A stretch of 64,000 bases of DNA, from positions 3,961 through 67,960 of the forward strand of contig JAFLBZ010000022.1 in the NCBI GenBank assembly GCA_017303715.1, in the 5' to 3' direction. The DNA comes from Rhodothermia bacterium (GTDB taxonomy: Bacteria > Bacteroidota > Rhodothermia > Rhodothermales > UBA2364). Made by a program: the position numbers and the translations under genes. How positions within the stretch are numbered: the first letter of the stretch is position 1; each line of letters starts with the position of its first letter. Positions 10,465 to 22,200 of the stretch are shown piece after piece. Below the pieces are notes generated by a model. The model was not told where the DNA came from, searched no databases, and saw nothing but the letters and a program-made list of their open reading frames with translations.

Positions 10465-11568
10465 TTATCGTACACCCGGAAACGCTTGTTTAAGCCCATT
10501 GGTCAATACACCATCGTCATAACCGGGTACAAAAACTGCCACGCCCCCCAACCCTTTTTGTTTGATGAATTGGTATTTTTTTTCCAAACTTATGTGGTCT
10601 TCATACCACCCTTGGAACCACCCATTTGCCGTCTGATACACATAGTATGGTGAGCCGCTTGCTGGATCACGTTTTAATCCAAACTTAGCCGCCCGTTCTT
10701 TTGCGGCATAGCGTATGGTACTGGCATATCGTACCCCTCGGTTAGAATATGAGATGGTTTCACCTGCTCCACGAGTGGGAGAACCCAATTCACTTGTTAC
10801 CGTAGGCCACTCATAACCATAAAATGGGACTGAAAAGACCAATTTTTTACGTGCCACCCCTAAAGCGTCGTATCGGGCAACGATATTTTGCCAGTTGCGT
10901 TGCCCCCACCCTGCTACGGGCGAGACAGGACCAGCAGAGGGGCCAGACTTCCAATGTAGGTCAAATCCCTGCACGACCAGCTTATCGGCATATCGGGCGA
11001 TCGCTGCCTCATCATATGCATCTGCTGGATCTAAAGCGAGTGTAAAAACCACCAACTCTTTGCCCCATTTCCATTGGTTAAGCAAGGTGCGAATGTCCTT
11101 AATAAAAGTCGTATAGTTTTTTCGAGCAATGGGTGTAATGGGTTCGAACATCTCAAAATCCAAATGTACCCCATCTGCATTTGCAATTCTTGCCGCATTC
11201 ATCACATTGGTCTTGAGGCGTGCGATCGAAGCCGCATCTGAAAACAAGCGATTTACCTTCTGAGCATCTAACAAGGTGAAAGAAGGAACCACTTTTGCTT
11301 GCTGCCCCCGTGCGGAAAGCACCAACTCCGCCCATGACATAGGCCATCCATTTAGACTCTTAAAATTGCCATCCTCTTCCACATACAAGGCAAAAAACAC
11401 GACCTGATCGTACATCTTTAGGTCATATTGCTTCCAGTTGTCCTTCATCCAATACGGATGATAACCAACAATGGTAAATTGGTTGCGCAAGTTGGTATCC
11501 CCTGATCCTAAAAGAAACAAACAAGCCAGAAACAGAACAGAGCGGGTGGCGTATTTTAGTAATTGCAT
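10465..11568 (-). CDS. Glycoside hydrolase family 18 (chitinase-like) secreted protein
   Basis: GH18 catalytic motif DGVHLDFE. The start is set at the internal ATG (MQLLKYATRSVLFLACLF signal peptide), because the longer ORF would run across the divergent uvrC start. Confidence 0.75.
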   Translation of the reverse strand: MQLLKYATRSVLFLACLFLLGSGDTNLRNQFTIVGYHPYWMKDNWKQYDLKMYDQVVFFALYVEEDGNFKSLNGWPMSWAELVLSARGQQAKVVPSFTLLDAQKVNRLFSDAASIARLKTNVMNAARIANADGVHLDFEMFEPITPIARKNYTTFIKDIRTLLNQWKWGKELVVFTLALDPADAYDEAAIARYADKLVVQGFDLHWKSGPSAGPVSPVAGWGQRNWQNIVARYDALGVARKKLVFSVPFYGYEWPTVTSELGSPTRGAGETISYSNRGVRYASTIRYAAKERAAKFGLKRDPASGSPYYVYQTANGWFQGWYEDHISLEKKYQFIKQKGLGGVAVFVPGYDDGVLTNGLKQAFPGVR

Positions 11569-11627
11569 GGTGTTGTAGAAAAAATAACGTAAAGTCAAAC
11601 AGTTTAGAAAATATTGGGAAATGGTGA

Positions 11628-13484
11628 ATGAATCCAATCGTTGAAGAAAAACTGAAACATTTACCCACTTCGTCTGGGGTATATCAGCACAAAGACGCCA
11701 CAGGTAAAACACTTTATGTGGGCAAGGCCAAAAACCTCCGAAATCGGGTGCGTTCGTATTTTCAAAAAGGCGGACCAGCGGACGGCAGAATTCGCATAAT
11801 GGTTGAAAAGGTTGCCGACATCGAAATTATCCTTACCGATACCGAGGCAGAAGCTTTGATTCTGGAAAACAACTTGATCAAAACGCTAAAGCCGCGCTAT
11901 AATGTAAACCTGCGTGACGACAAAACCTATCCTTATATCTGCATCAAAAACGAGAGGTTCCCACGAATTTTTCCAACACGCCGCGTCATTCGGGATGGCT
12001 CTAAATATTTTGGGCCTTATACCGATGTCAAAAACATGCACCTCATCTTGGGGACTATTCGCTCCGTGTTTAAACTTCGTAATTGTAACCTCGTCCTCTC
12101 TGAAGCTAATATCAGAAACAGCAAATTTAATGCCTGTTTACAATTCCATATCAAGAAATGTGCTGCACCGTGCATCGGATTAGAAGACGAAGCACATTAC
12201 CAAGAATCTATCGCACAAATTCGCCAGTTGCTCAGTGGGAAAACGGGCGCTTTGATCACCCAATTGAAGCAAGACATGCGGGTGGCAGCGCAAAATCGCC
12301 GCTTTGAGGCCGCAGCAGAACTTAGAGATAAAATCTTGGCCTTAGAACAATATTCTGCAAAGCAAAAAATGGTCACCGAAAGCGAGGTTAACCGAGACCT
12401 CTTTGGTCTCTTTGTGGAACGGGATGAAGACATCGCATGTGGAGTCGTTTTTCAAGTGCGAGAAGGGAAAATTATAGGACGAAGACACAGATACCTTACC
12501 CAATTGGGCGAAACCGCTGAAGACCACTTGCTCCAGTCTTTTGTAGAAGATTATTATGCCGAAGCCGTATTTTTTCCCGACGAGGTGTTTCTTTCTACAT
12601 CACTTCCACAACCCGAACCCATTTTGGAATTGTTACGACATGCCACCGGAAAAAAGGTATTGCTCCATACGCCACAACGCGGCGAAAAAGCAGACCTGAT
12701 GCGCATGGTAGAGGCCAATGCGAAATTGCTCGTCGGAGAATACTTACAAGCCAAAGCAAAAAGACACGAGGAGGCTCTTCCTCGATCTGTGCAAGCCCTT
12801 CAACGCGATTTACACCTGCCCCGTCTGCCGCGACGAATTGAGTGTTTCGACATTTCACACCTTGCCGGAACAGGTACGGTGGCCTCTTGTGTGGTTTTTA
12901 TAGACGGGAAACCCGCCAAAAGTGAATATCGGAAGTTTAAGATCCGCAGTGCAGAAGGCAAACCAGACGATTTCCTATCTATGCACGAGGTGATTTCGCG
13001 GCGCTATACCCGTGCCCAAGACGAAAACCTACAAATTCCAGACCTTATTATTATTGACGGCGGTAAAGGACAATTATCCCATGCCGTAGAGGCCCTAAAA
13101 GAAGTTGGATTTTATGGAAAAACGCCTGTAGTAAGCCTCGCAAAACGAATGGAGGAGGTTTTTTTTCCAGAAGACCAGAAATCGGTGATGATCCCTCGGA
13201 CAAGTTCCGCCCTAAAACTGATGCAGCAACTCCGCGACGAAGCCCACCGCTTTGCCATAACCTTTCAACGCCAACAGCGCAAAAATACCCAACTCCGCTC
13301 CGAGCTTATGGAAATTCCGGGCGTCGGCGTAAAAACGATTGAAAAGTTAATAAAAACCTTTGGCTCCGTGAAAAAGGTAAAATTGGCAACCTTAGCAACT
13401 TTAGAAGATGCTGTTGGAAAAAAAGTAGCTTTAGCGGTAAAAGGATATCTAGATGCGCAAGAGCAAGACTCAGAAAGCACTTAG
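11628..13484 (+). CDS. uvrC: Excinuclease ABC subunit C
   Basis: GIY-YIG N-terminus (GVYQHKDATGKTLYVGKAKNLRNRVRSYF), a UVR domain, and a C-terminal RNase-H-like/HhH region (EIPGVGVKTIEKLIKTFGS). Confidence 0.95.
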   Translation: MNPIVEEKLKHLPTSSGVYQHKDATGKTLYVGKAKNLRNRVRSYFQKGGPADGRIRIMVEKVADIEIILTDTEAEALILENNLIKTLKPRYNVNLRDDKTYPYICIKNERFPRIFPTRRVIRDGSKYFGPYTDVKNMHLILGTIRSVFKLRNCNLVLSEANIRNSKFNACLQFHIKKCAAPCIGLEDEAHYQESIAQIRQLLSGKTGALITQLKQDMRVAAQNRRFEAAAELRDKILALEQYSAKQKMVTESEVNRDLFGLFVERDEDIACGVVFQVREGKIIGRRHRYLTQLGETAEDHLLQSFVEDYYAEAVFFPDEVFLSTSLPQPEPILELLRHATGKKVLLHTPQRGEKADLMRMVEANAKLLVGEYLQAKAKRHEEALPRSVQALQRDLHLPRLPRRIECFDISHLAGTGTVASCVVFIDGKPAKSEYRKFKIRSAEGKPDDFLSMHEVISRRYTRAQDENLQIPDLIIIDGGKGQLSHAVEALKEVGFYGKTPVVSLAKRMEEVFFPEDQKSVMIPRTSSALKLMQQLRDEAHRFAITFQRQQRKNTQLRSELMEIPGVGVKTIEKLIKTFGSVKKVKLATLATLEDAVGKKVALAVKGYLDAQEQDSEST

Positions 13485-13663
13485 CCCTAAGGCAAAATAA
13501 AATGCCTTTCATCAAAAAAGTTTTGCCGGAAAAATCCCGTCATGCGATGTAGGAAAAAGCGGGTATTGCCCTTGAAAAGGGTTTCTTAACTTGCAAGAGC
13601 ATGGCAAATGGGTGATTCCCCTTCCCTGCCACATATACTTCACCCGATAAACCTCCAGACATT

Positions 13664-14077
13664 ATGCAAAAGATTTTAACTTCGGGCTTTGCAGCAGGTA
13701 TTGTACTCCTGATTGTGAGTTACGGACTCTTAACGTTAGCGCCCACCCTTTTACCTATTTTAACGGATGAGTATTTTAATCCGGCAGTTTTCCAGACCGG
13801 GAACGAACGCTCCATTTTGTATTTCCTTCACCCATTTGTGCTAAGTTTTGCATTGGCTTGGTTTTGGGAGCGTTTTAAGGGACTGTTTCATTCCTCAAAT
13901 TTTGTATGGCGTGGTATAGAATTGGGGTTAGTCTATGGCTTGGTTGCCACACTTCCGGCCATGTGGATCACCTTCAGTTCTATGAACGTCAGTATGTTGA
14001 TGATTCTCTCATGGTTAGGATATGGCGTCTTACAAGCCATTGTTGCTGGGATCATCCATGCGAAACTAAATCCATAA
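13664..14077 (+). CDS. Hypothetical 4-TM membrane protein
   Basis: 137 aa with four hydrophobic segments and a strong terminator downstream. No family recognised. Confidence 0.5.
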   Translation: MQKILTSGFAAGIVLLIVSYGLLTLAPTLLPILTDEYFNPAVFQTGNERSILYFLHPFVLSFALAWFWERFKGLFHSSNFVWRGIELGLVYGLVATLPAMWITFSSMNVSMLMILSWLGYGVLQAIVAGIIHAKLNP

Positions 14078-14102
14078 CGGTACTTTTGTTTGGTTAATGG
14101 AA

Positions 14103-14138
14103 GCCGAGGGTTAGGGAACTAATTCTCGGCTTTTTTTT
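14103..14138 (+). terminator. Rho-independent terminator
   Basis: GCCGAG (14103-14108) pairs with CTCGGC (14125-14130) and is followed by T8. Confidence 0.7.
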
Positions 14139-14234
14139 GATTTCAGCCTCTGCAATATTTTTCCAGCGGTCACTGTAACGTAATTTCTATCTTAGGTACA
14201 AATTATTGACTTTTTCGCCCAACCTGTCAGCGCG

Positions 14235-14918
14235 TTGCACTCAGTACCAACCCCCAAAACAGCCTTACTCTTGTTTGCCAATAAGGATCGTCAAGAAGCG
14301 CTCCGTAAACCTTTTTTTGGTGAAAACGCCCACAAAAAAAATTGTGCATTTTCTAAAGAATTGAACTTGTGGTCTTTAGCCGTAGCAGAGAGATCGGGGT
14401 TCCCCGTTTTTCGGTTTACGGAACGGGAGCAAGTAGGAAACACATTTGGGGAAAGGCTTGCACATGCCATTCAACGGGTTTTTGACCAAGGCTTCAAACA
14501 AGTGGTGGTGATGGGCAATGATACGCCACAACTCCGCCCATCGCATCTTTTAGCAGTAGAAAAAGCGCTCATTAAGGCAAACTGGGTTGTGGGACCAGCA
14601 ACGGATGGTGGGCTTTACGTTCTTGGGGTTCAAAAAGCGGCTTTCGAGCCTGTTTCTTTTGCAAAAATGCCTTGGCAAGCGCAAGACTTATTTGCCGCCT
14701 TTTTGGGCTTAGACCACACTTTTGTTCTACCAGAGGTTTTTGGGGACATAGACACTGCATCCGATTTCGAGTTTCTCGCCTTCGATTCTCGCTTACCTAA
14801 ACCATTACGTGCCCGATTAGTAGCACTGCAAGTCTCATCCACAACATACTTTTTCCTCCCTTCAACCTTAGCGGGGCATTGCTATACCGCTCCACTTCGA
14901 GGACCACCGTCTCATTAA
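14235..14918 (+). CDS. DUF2064-family (glycosyltransferase-like) protein
   Basis: TTG start. LLFAN, FGERL, VVVMGNDTPQL and DGGLYVLG resemble DUF2064/TIGR04282 proteins. Confidence 0.55.
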   Translation: MHSVPTPKTALLLFANKDRQEALRKPFFGENAHKKNCAFSKELNLWSLAVAERSGFPVFRFTEREQVGNTFGERLAHAIQRVFDQGFKQVVVMGNDTPQLRPSHLLAVEKALIKANWVVGPATDGGLYVLGVQKAAFEPVSFAKMPWQAQDLFAAFLGLDHTFVLPEVFGDIDTASDFEFLAFDSRLPKPLRARLVALQVSSTTYFFLPSTLAGHCYTAPLRGPPSH

Positions 14919-14957
14919 AGCACTTCACGTCCACATCATTTCACCCTTTTTTTCAAA

Positions 14958-17900
14958 ATGGGCATTTTACCTTATTTACTTTTTATACTTATGAAGTTTT
15001 ACATATTATTACCACTATTACTTTTCAGCTTTCCCATAAGCACTTTTTCGCAAGCAGAAGTTGAAGTTGTGGTATTTAATGCAGAAACCAAGGCCCCTGC
15101 GCCGAATGTAGTTGTACGATTGATGAATACAGCGATTGGATTCACCGCTACCAAAGCCACCCAAGCCCAAGGCAAAGTACAGTTTTTAGGGCTTTCGACG
15201 GCTGGGGAATATTCAGTGGTTAGCGACAAAAGCGTCACCTTCGAATCCGCAAACACGGCAATGTTCACCTTGCGCAACCACGAAAAACGAAGCATTTTGC
15301 TTTACGTCCTGCCGACAACCCAAATAGCGGGCGAGGTGGATATACGCGCAGCCAGTATTGCCGCCCTGAACACCCGAAATGCGGAAGTGTCTTCCTCTTT
15401 AAGTATGGCAGAAGTGCAAGCGTTGCCAATCGAAGGTCGGGACGTGACACGGGCGTTGTACCGTCTGCCCAACGTGGTGCAATCCACTGGATTTTATCCA
15501 GAAGCCCCAAATGTGAGCATCAACGGGGCAAATGGCTTGTTTACAAATTACTTGGTGGATGGAATGGACAACAACGAAAACTTTCTGGGTGGACAAAAAT
15601 TTGCCATTCCCATTGGTGCGGTACAAGATGTAACGGTACTGACCAACAATTACTCGGCGGAGTTTGGGCGAACGGGCAATGGTATTTTTAATGTCACTAC
15701 AAAGTCTGGAGCCAATACACCGACGGGCGAAGTGTTTTATATGGTGCGTCCCGGCCCCACATTGGATGCTTCAAGTGCTTATGCCCAGCGAGACCTTTCG
15801 GGCAATCAAGTAAAAGATGGATTTCAGCGACATCAGTTTGGTTTGAGTTCAGGTGGTGCACTTGTTAAAAATCAAACCTTTTATCACTTTAATTTTGAGC
15901 GGATGATAGACCTTAAAGACAATTTGCTCAATTCGCCCAAGCTTGGCGTGAACGAAACAGTGAAAGGCCGCAATGATTTCTCCTACCTCACCGCACGACT
16001 CGACCACAAATGGAAGGGCAAACTACGTTCAGCCCTGCGGTTTAATTGGGGTGATGTTCGGATTGATCGGCAAGGTGGCGGCTTAGAAGGGGGCACGGAG
16101 TTTCCATCAGCAGGGAATACCCAATTGCGACAATCGGTTTTGGCAGTTTTACAAAACACATACTTAGGCAAAAATTTGGTATATGAAAGTAATGTGCAAT
16201 TCAGCCGCTTTCTCTGGGACTATGCCAATGTGGAAGACCTAACGAAGCCGCGCGTCAATGTCTTAGACCCACAAGAACAGTTTGTTGCGGGCTTGGGAAG
16301 TCCGGGCTATATTTTTAAAGACCTCGAAAACACCCTACAACTTCAGCAAAAGATTAGCCTCTTCCGCAACAACCACACCTTCAAACTCGGTATGGATGCC
16401 CTGACATCACATTTTGATTTGTTTGGTGGCGGTAATGAGTCTGGTTCTTACACGGTGAAACTGACCCAAGCCCAATTGGATGACCTTAAAGCCAAAAATT
16501 TGGGTGCGAAGTTGGATGTAAATGACCTCCCAAGCGATGCCCAAGTGCTCAATTATAGCATTGAGCTAAGGCCACAATCTTTTGGCGCACGGCAAAACCA
16601 AGTCGGGCTATACCTCGAAGACCAAATCTCTGTCAATAGCCGCCTCAACCTCACAGCGGGTTTACGTTGGGATTATGACAGCTTAACAAAAGGTGGAAGT
16701 ACTGGAGTTGGTGACTTAAATAATGTTGCACCTCGCTTTAATTTCAATTATTTATTGAATGAAAAAAGCGTCATTCGGGGTGGATATGGCATGTTTTATG
16801 ACAAAATCGTCTATGCCATTTATTCTGATGCCTTACAGCAAAATTCTACCGCCGCCGGATACCTGGCGCAACTCAAAGCCTTGATGGACAAAGGCATTTT
16901 GCCCAAAGAGACCGATTTAGACAAAATCACTTTTGCAGGTAATGTCACCGCAGACGGGACAGCACTCACTACTGGTTACCTGAAAGGGGCAACGGCAGCG
17001 CAACTCCAAGCCCAACGTGAAAACCTTTTTGCAGGTGAGCGCCGGATATTAAATCCAAACGGCTATCAAAACCCTGTGACACACCAGTTTTCTTTGGGTT
17101 ATCAACGCCAAATTTCACGCATATACTTGTTTTATCTGGATTTAACAAGAACGCAATCTTATAACTTAATGCGGCTTCGGGACTTAAATACGCCGTCGGC
17201 TTATCCGATTAATGCCCAAAATGTGGTGGTGCGTACCCAAGCCCAAGCCGATGCCACACGCCCTATCCCCATTTATGCCGATGCCCAAGGGGTATATGCC
17301 TTGGTGAATGGGCAAAAAATCCGTGATGGTATTGCACGCACCATTACCATGACCGAAACTGCTGGAAAAGCCGAATACTCGGCAGCTTCGTTCAACTTGG
17401 TCAAAGATCGTGGCCAAGACCCATATGGCTTCCGCGTTTCTTATACCCTTTCTCGGCTCATGAACGACACCGACGACATCAACTTCAAAGCCCAAGATGC
17501 CAATGATTACGCCTCAGAGTGGGGGCCTTCTGTAAATGACCGTACCCATGTCATCAGCGCCGTTGGATATTGGTATCCCATCACAAACATGACTGTTACA
17601 CTGGCGGGCCTGTTCCAAAGTGGACAACCGATTAATCGCATTCCGGATGCCACACGTTACGGCACAACCGACCTGAATGGAGATGGGCGCTCTTTTGGCG
17701 CAAGTTATGTCGGAAACTCTGACCGCCAGCCGGGCGAAACGCGCAATTCCGATCGTTTGCCTTGGGCGAATGTCTTAGACTTGAGTTTGAGGTATCGCGT
17801 TCCTTTTGGCCAAAAGAGTCTGGAAATCAGTGCTGAAATTTTTAATCTTTTAAATGCCGAGAATCTAAGTGGTTACGCCAACAATGCCACCCAAAGCAAC

Positions 17901-17993
17901 CAAATCCAAGTGGGGCCTGCCACCAATACCTTGGTGAAAAAGAACGCTGGGCCACCCCGCCAATTCCAGTTTGGTTTGCGTTTTCTAATGTAA
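14958..17993 (+). CDS. TonB-dependent receptor with N-terminal carboxypeptidase-regulatory-like domain
   Basis: Signal peptide, plug motifs (LPIEGRDVTRAL, NYSAEFGRTGNGIFNVTTKSG), a long beta-barrel and a terminal QFGLRFLM. The start could instead be the ATG at 14991. Confidence 0.85.
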   Translation: MGILPYLLFILMKFYILLPLLLFSFPISTFSQAEVEVVVFNAETKAPAPNVVVRLMNTAIGFTATKATQAQGKVQFLGLSTAGEYSVVSDKSVTFESANTAMFTLRNHEKRSILLYVLPTTQIAGEVDIRAASIAALNTRNAEVSSSLSMAEVQALPIEGRDVTRALYRLPNVVQSTGFYPEAPNVSINGANGLFTNYLVDGMDNNENFLGGQKFAIPIGAVQDVTVLTNNYSAEFGRTGNGIFNVTTKSGANTPTGEVFYMVRPGPTLDASSAYAQRDLSGNQVKDGFQRHQFGLSSGGALVKNQTFYHFNFERMIDLKDNLLNSPKLGVNETVKGRNDFSYLTARLDHKWKGKLRSALRFNWGDVRIDRQGGGLEGGTEFPSAGNTQLRQSVLAVLQNTYLGKNLVYESNVQFSRFLWDYANVEDLTKPRVNVLDPQEQFVAGLGSPGYIFKDLENTLQLQQKISLFRNNHTFKLGMDALTSHFDLFGGGNESGSYTVKLTQAQLDDLKAKNLGAKLDVNDLPSDAQVLNYSIELRPQSFGARQNQVGLYLEDQISVNSRLNLTAGLRWDYDSLTKGGSTGVGDLNNVAPRFNFNYLLNEKSVIRGGYGMFYDKIVYAIYSDALQQNSTAAGYLAQLKALMDKGILPKETDLDKITFAGNVTADGTALTTGYLKGATAAQLQAQRENLFAGERRILNPNGYQNPVTHQFSLGYQRQISRIYLFYLDLTRTQSYNLMRLRDLNTPSAYPINAQNVVVRTQAQADATRPIPIYADAQGVYALVNGQKIRDGIARTITMTETAGKAEYSAASFNLVKDRGQDPYGFRVSYTLSRLMNDTDDINFKAQDANDYASEWGPSVNDRTHVISAVGYWYPITNMTVTLAGLFQSGQPINRIPDATRYGTTDLNGDGRSFGASYVGNSDRQPGETRNSDRLPWANVLDLSLRYRVPFGQKSLEISAEIFNLLNAENLSGYANNATQSNQIQVGPATNTLVKKNAGPPRQFQFGLRFLM

Positions 17994-18025
17994 ATTCGCA
18001 GGCTAAATTTTTTATCGTTTTGTTT

Positions 18026-18064
18026 GGGGCTAAAGCGCATTTTAGGTGTTTTTAGCCCCTTTTC
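18026..18064 (+). terminator. Rho-independent terminator
   Basis: GGGGCTAAA (18026-18034) pairs with TTTAGCCCC (18051-18059) and is followed by TTTT. Confidence 0.65.
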
Positions 18065-18221
18065 ATTATCTTATGGTGGCCAATCACGGCAAAGGTCTTC
18101 TTCGGGGAATCGGCTAGGTCTAAAGACATACGTTCCTTTTCAGAGACCTTTTGATTAAATGGTTTTCCTGTAGAATGCAAAACGTTACAAAGCCCCTTTA
18201 ACCTTTCAAGAACGCCCATTT

Positions 18222-19217
18222 ATGATGTCACACAAAACCCTTAAAATTATCAAGAACAGGTCGGATATTGGCGCGGGTACACGCGGCTCAGATCTGGGAA
18301 TTGATGCCCTTGAAATTGCAGCCATAAACCGAGAAGACGATTTTTTCAACCGCCATTTATTTGTTGATGTCGCCACGCACAACGAATCGGTTTATCACAA
18401 AGTTCGGAACTCCTTCGCCAAGCGGATTGGCCATGTTTACGAACAATGCACCCGTGTGGCCGAGACCGTCCGCCAAGTTGTTTCGGAAGGATATTTCCCC
18501 TTGGTGCTCTCCGGTGATCATTCCTCCGCGCTGGGAACCATTAGCGGACTAAAAGCCGCCAACCCCGAACGAACCTTGGGCGTTATCTGGATTGATGCCC
18601 ATGCAGACCTCCATTCGCCTTACACCTCGCCCTCCGGAAATATACACGGAATGCCCCTTGCGGCGGCCTTAGCCGAGGACAACCGATCTTGCCAAATCAA
18701 TAACCTACGTGACGATACCGACTCTTATTGGGAAGCAATGAAGCGAATCGGAGTCCCGACAGCAAAAATAAAACCTGAACACCTTGTTTTCTTTGGGGTT
18801 AGAGATACCGAAATTCCAGAAAACAAACTTATGGATCACCAAGGTATTCGTAATTTTACCGTGCCAGAAGTCCGTTTTAACGGGATAGAGACTTGTCTTG
18901 AAAAAGTAGCGGCACTTCTGAAAGACTGCGACGACCTCTATATTTCATTCGATGTAGATAGCTTGGATTGCGACTTAATTTCTCATGGTACGGGAACACC
19001 CGTCCCTAAAGGATTTGATCCCTTAGAAGTACAAAACCTTATTAAGGGCTTGATGAACACGGGCAAGGTCATCTGTTTGGAAATTGCCGAAATTAATCCA
19101 CTTTTGGATAACCGTGGAAATCGTATGGCAGAAACTGCTTACGGGGTATTATCGGATGTGATGTTGCATTACGAGCAAAAACAACCCAAAAAACAGACGT
19201 CATTTTCAACATTTTAA
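18222..19217 (+). CDS. Arginase-family ureohydrolase (arginase-like)
   Basis: SGDHSSALGTISG, WIDAHADLHSP, GMPLAAAL, SFDVDSLD and EIAEINP are the arginase-fold Mn-binding motifs. Confidence 0.85.
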   Translation: MMSHKTLKIIKNRSDIGAGTRGSDLGIDALEIAAINREDDFFNRHLFVDVATHNESVYHKVRNSFAKRIGHVYEQCTRVAETVRQVVSEGYFPLVLSGDHSSALGTISGLKAANPERTLGVIWIDAHADLHSPYTSPSGNIHGMPLAAALAEDNRSCQINNLRDDTDSYWEAMKRIGVPTAKIKPEHLVFFGVRDTEIPENKLMDHQGIRNFTVPEVRFNGIETCLEKVAALLKDCDDLYISFDVDSLDCDLISHGTGTPVPKGFDPLEVQNLIKGLMNTGKVICLEIAEINPLLDNRGNRMAETAYGVLSDVMLHYEQKQPKKQTSFSTF

Positions 19218-19281
19218 CGGATTAACGCCATAATTTATAACCATTCCTTTACCCTATTTTTAACCCTATACACCCAAACAC

Positions 19282-22200
19282 ATGATGAAAGGTAAAACAA
19301 CCCGTATGTTGCTTAGCCTGTTATTCCTATGCCTGACACCATATGCTATGGCGCAGAACTTGGTCGTAACAGGAAAAGTAACTTCGGCTGATGACGGTAC
19401 GCCCCTCCCCGGTGTAACGGTAACAGCCAAGGGCACCAACAATGGTGTAATAACAAGTACGACCGGAGATTATCGTATCACCCTATCTCGTACCGGAACC
19501 TTGGTCTTTAGCTTCGTAGGCTATCTTACCCAAGAAGTTCCTGTAAACGGACGCTCTGAAATCAGTATAGCTTTAGTAACCGATACCAAAAGTTTAGGCG
19601 AAGTGGTGGTCACTGGTTTTGGTTCGCAGATCAAACGTGAATTAACAGGAAACATCGCCAAAGTAAAATCCGCGGATATTCAAGACATTCCAGTTATGGG
19701 CGTTGACCAAGCCATCCAAGGCAAGGCAGCCGGCGTTCAGGTCAATGCTGGTAGTGGTAAACTTGGACAAGCGGTTCGGATCAGTGTTCGCGGCCCATCC
19801 TCGGTTACCGCTTCGAACCAGCCCCTTTTTGTGGTAGATGGCGTACCCATCACCAATGCCGATCTCTCCTTGAGCGGTGGTGATACCAACCCGTTGGTGG
19901 ACCTCAACTCCCAAGACATTGCTTCTATCGAGGTGTTAAAGGACGCTTCTGCCGGAGCAATCTATGGCTCTCGTGCGGCCAATGGGGTGATTCTGATTAC
20001 CACAAAACAAGGTCGGGCCAGTGGAAAGACCAATGTTCAATTTGGATATTCCGCAGGAAACAGCAAGCCAACTCGTGTTGTAAAATTCTTAAACACACAG
20101 CAATACATAGATTTTTATCGCATGGCAGCTGGAAATTCGGACGTAATTGAAAAAATTGACCCCTCTGCAAACGATTCATACACCACCTATATGGAGGATT
20201 TTTACGATTCCCAAAGTTTAGGTACATTAGGAACCAGTAATCAGGCAGATACAGATTGGGGCGGCTTGGCTTTTCAGGATGCACCACAACAACAATATGA
20301 CCTAAGCATTAGTGGTGGTAACGATAAAACGGCTTTTTACGTCTCAGGACAATGGTTAGACCAAAAGGGAATCATCTTGGGAAATGCCATGAACCGCATT
20401 TCGGGACGAATAAACCTCGAACACAAGGCTTCAGATCGCTTCCGTCTTGGTGCAAACATGGGACTTTCTCGGAGCATAAACAACCGTCTTTCTGGCGACC
20501 GCCAATTTGACAACCCGATGCAGATGGTTGCTTTGCCGCCCATGACGCCAGAAAAAGACCCCGAAACCGGACTTCCTGTCGGGACACCACCGGGGGATGC
20601 CAGTATTCCCTTGTATTATAACCCGATGATTAACCTTGGAAACTCCTATTATGATACTTCGGTAAACCGGAATATCAGCACGGTATATGGCCTCTTGCAG
20701 CTCGCTCCCGGCCTCTCCTTCCGCTCCGAAGTGGGTGTGGATATGCTAAACCAGTTCGAGGAGCAATATTATAACAGCAAGACGGCACGCAATTTTGGTG
20801 CAACCAAAGGGATTTCAAGAAACCGCGCGGTTCGCGTAGAAAACTTGAATACCAACAACTATTTCAGTTTCTGGAAAGTAAGTGGCAAGCACGCTTTAGA
20901 TGCCACCCTCGGAACCTCCTTCCAATCTTCGCAAACCAAAACGGGTTATACCGAGGGCCAAGACTTCCCTTCTGATGCGTATCGCTACATTGCAAGTGCC
21001 GCCAAAAAGACGGACGGCAGTTCTTCACAAACCGATTTCCGTTTTGTTTCTTATTTCGCCCGCGCAAATTACAAACTTGCGGACAAATACCTTTTGGGTT
21101 TAAGTGCAAGGGTTGATGGTTCATCACGATTTGGTCGCGACAGTCGTTACGGCTTCTTTCCTGCGGCCTCAGCTGGCTGGGTCATCTCGGACGAGTCTTT
21201 CCTGAAGGGTAATTCCCTCATCAGCTTCCTCAAGTTGCGTGCGAGCTATGGCATTACGGGTAATGCAGAAATCGGAAACTTCCCACAAATGGGTCTCTTT
21301 ACCGGCGATGCGGGCTATAACGGAGAACCCGGCCAGCGGCCTTCGCAGTTGGCAAACCCAGACCTGAGTTGGGAAACCACGAACCAAGTAGATTTTGGTT
21401 TAGATTTTGGCTTCTTCAGAAATCGCATTAATGGCGAGATTGACTATTACGCCAAAAAAACCACGGGGCTTTTGCTGAATGTGAATGTTCCCGCCACCAC
21501 TGGTTTTACGATTCAAACACAAAACATTGGCAAACTCACCAACAATGGCTGGGAATTTGTGCTAAACACCAACAATATCGAAGGCAAATTCCAATGGGCA
21601 ACCAGTCTAAATTTGGCCTTTAACAAAAACAAGATTACGGACTTACAAGAACAAATTATTGAAGGCGGCCTAAATTCTATGAGTCGTGCCGTAGAAGGCC
21701 AGCCCCTTGGTGTTTTCTATACCGTTGAATATGCAGGGGTTGACCCTAAAAACGGGGACGCACTTTGGTATCTGAACACCAAAAATGCAGACGGAACCAT
21801 AGACCGCAACACAACCAATTCGTATAACAAAGCACAGCGTGTGGTTATTGGAAGTGCGCTTCCAAGTTGGATTGGCGGGATCACCAACACCTTCCGCTAT
21901 AACAACATCGAGCTTTCCGTATTCTTTAATGGTCAGTATGGCAACAAGATCAACTTCTATGGCGCGGGGCGCTTCTCCTCGGCAAATGGCCGCTTTGAAG
22001 ACAACCAAACGGTAGATCAATTGGATGCTTGGACGCCAACCAATACGGATACCCAAATTCCACAAGCCCGACTTTTCTACAACAACGGTGCGCAACCTTC
22101 CAGTCGTTTCATCCAAGATGGCTCATATTTGCGCTTACGCACGGCGACGCTTTCCTACAACCTTCCGGCACAAATGCTAAAAAAAGCCCGCGTAAGCTCG

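Noticed and set aside
11569-11712. N-terminal extension of the GH18 ORF
   Set aside because: It would overlap the divergent uvrC start. The internal ATG at 11568 is followed immediately by a proper signal peptide.
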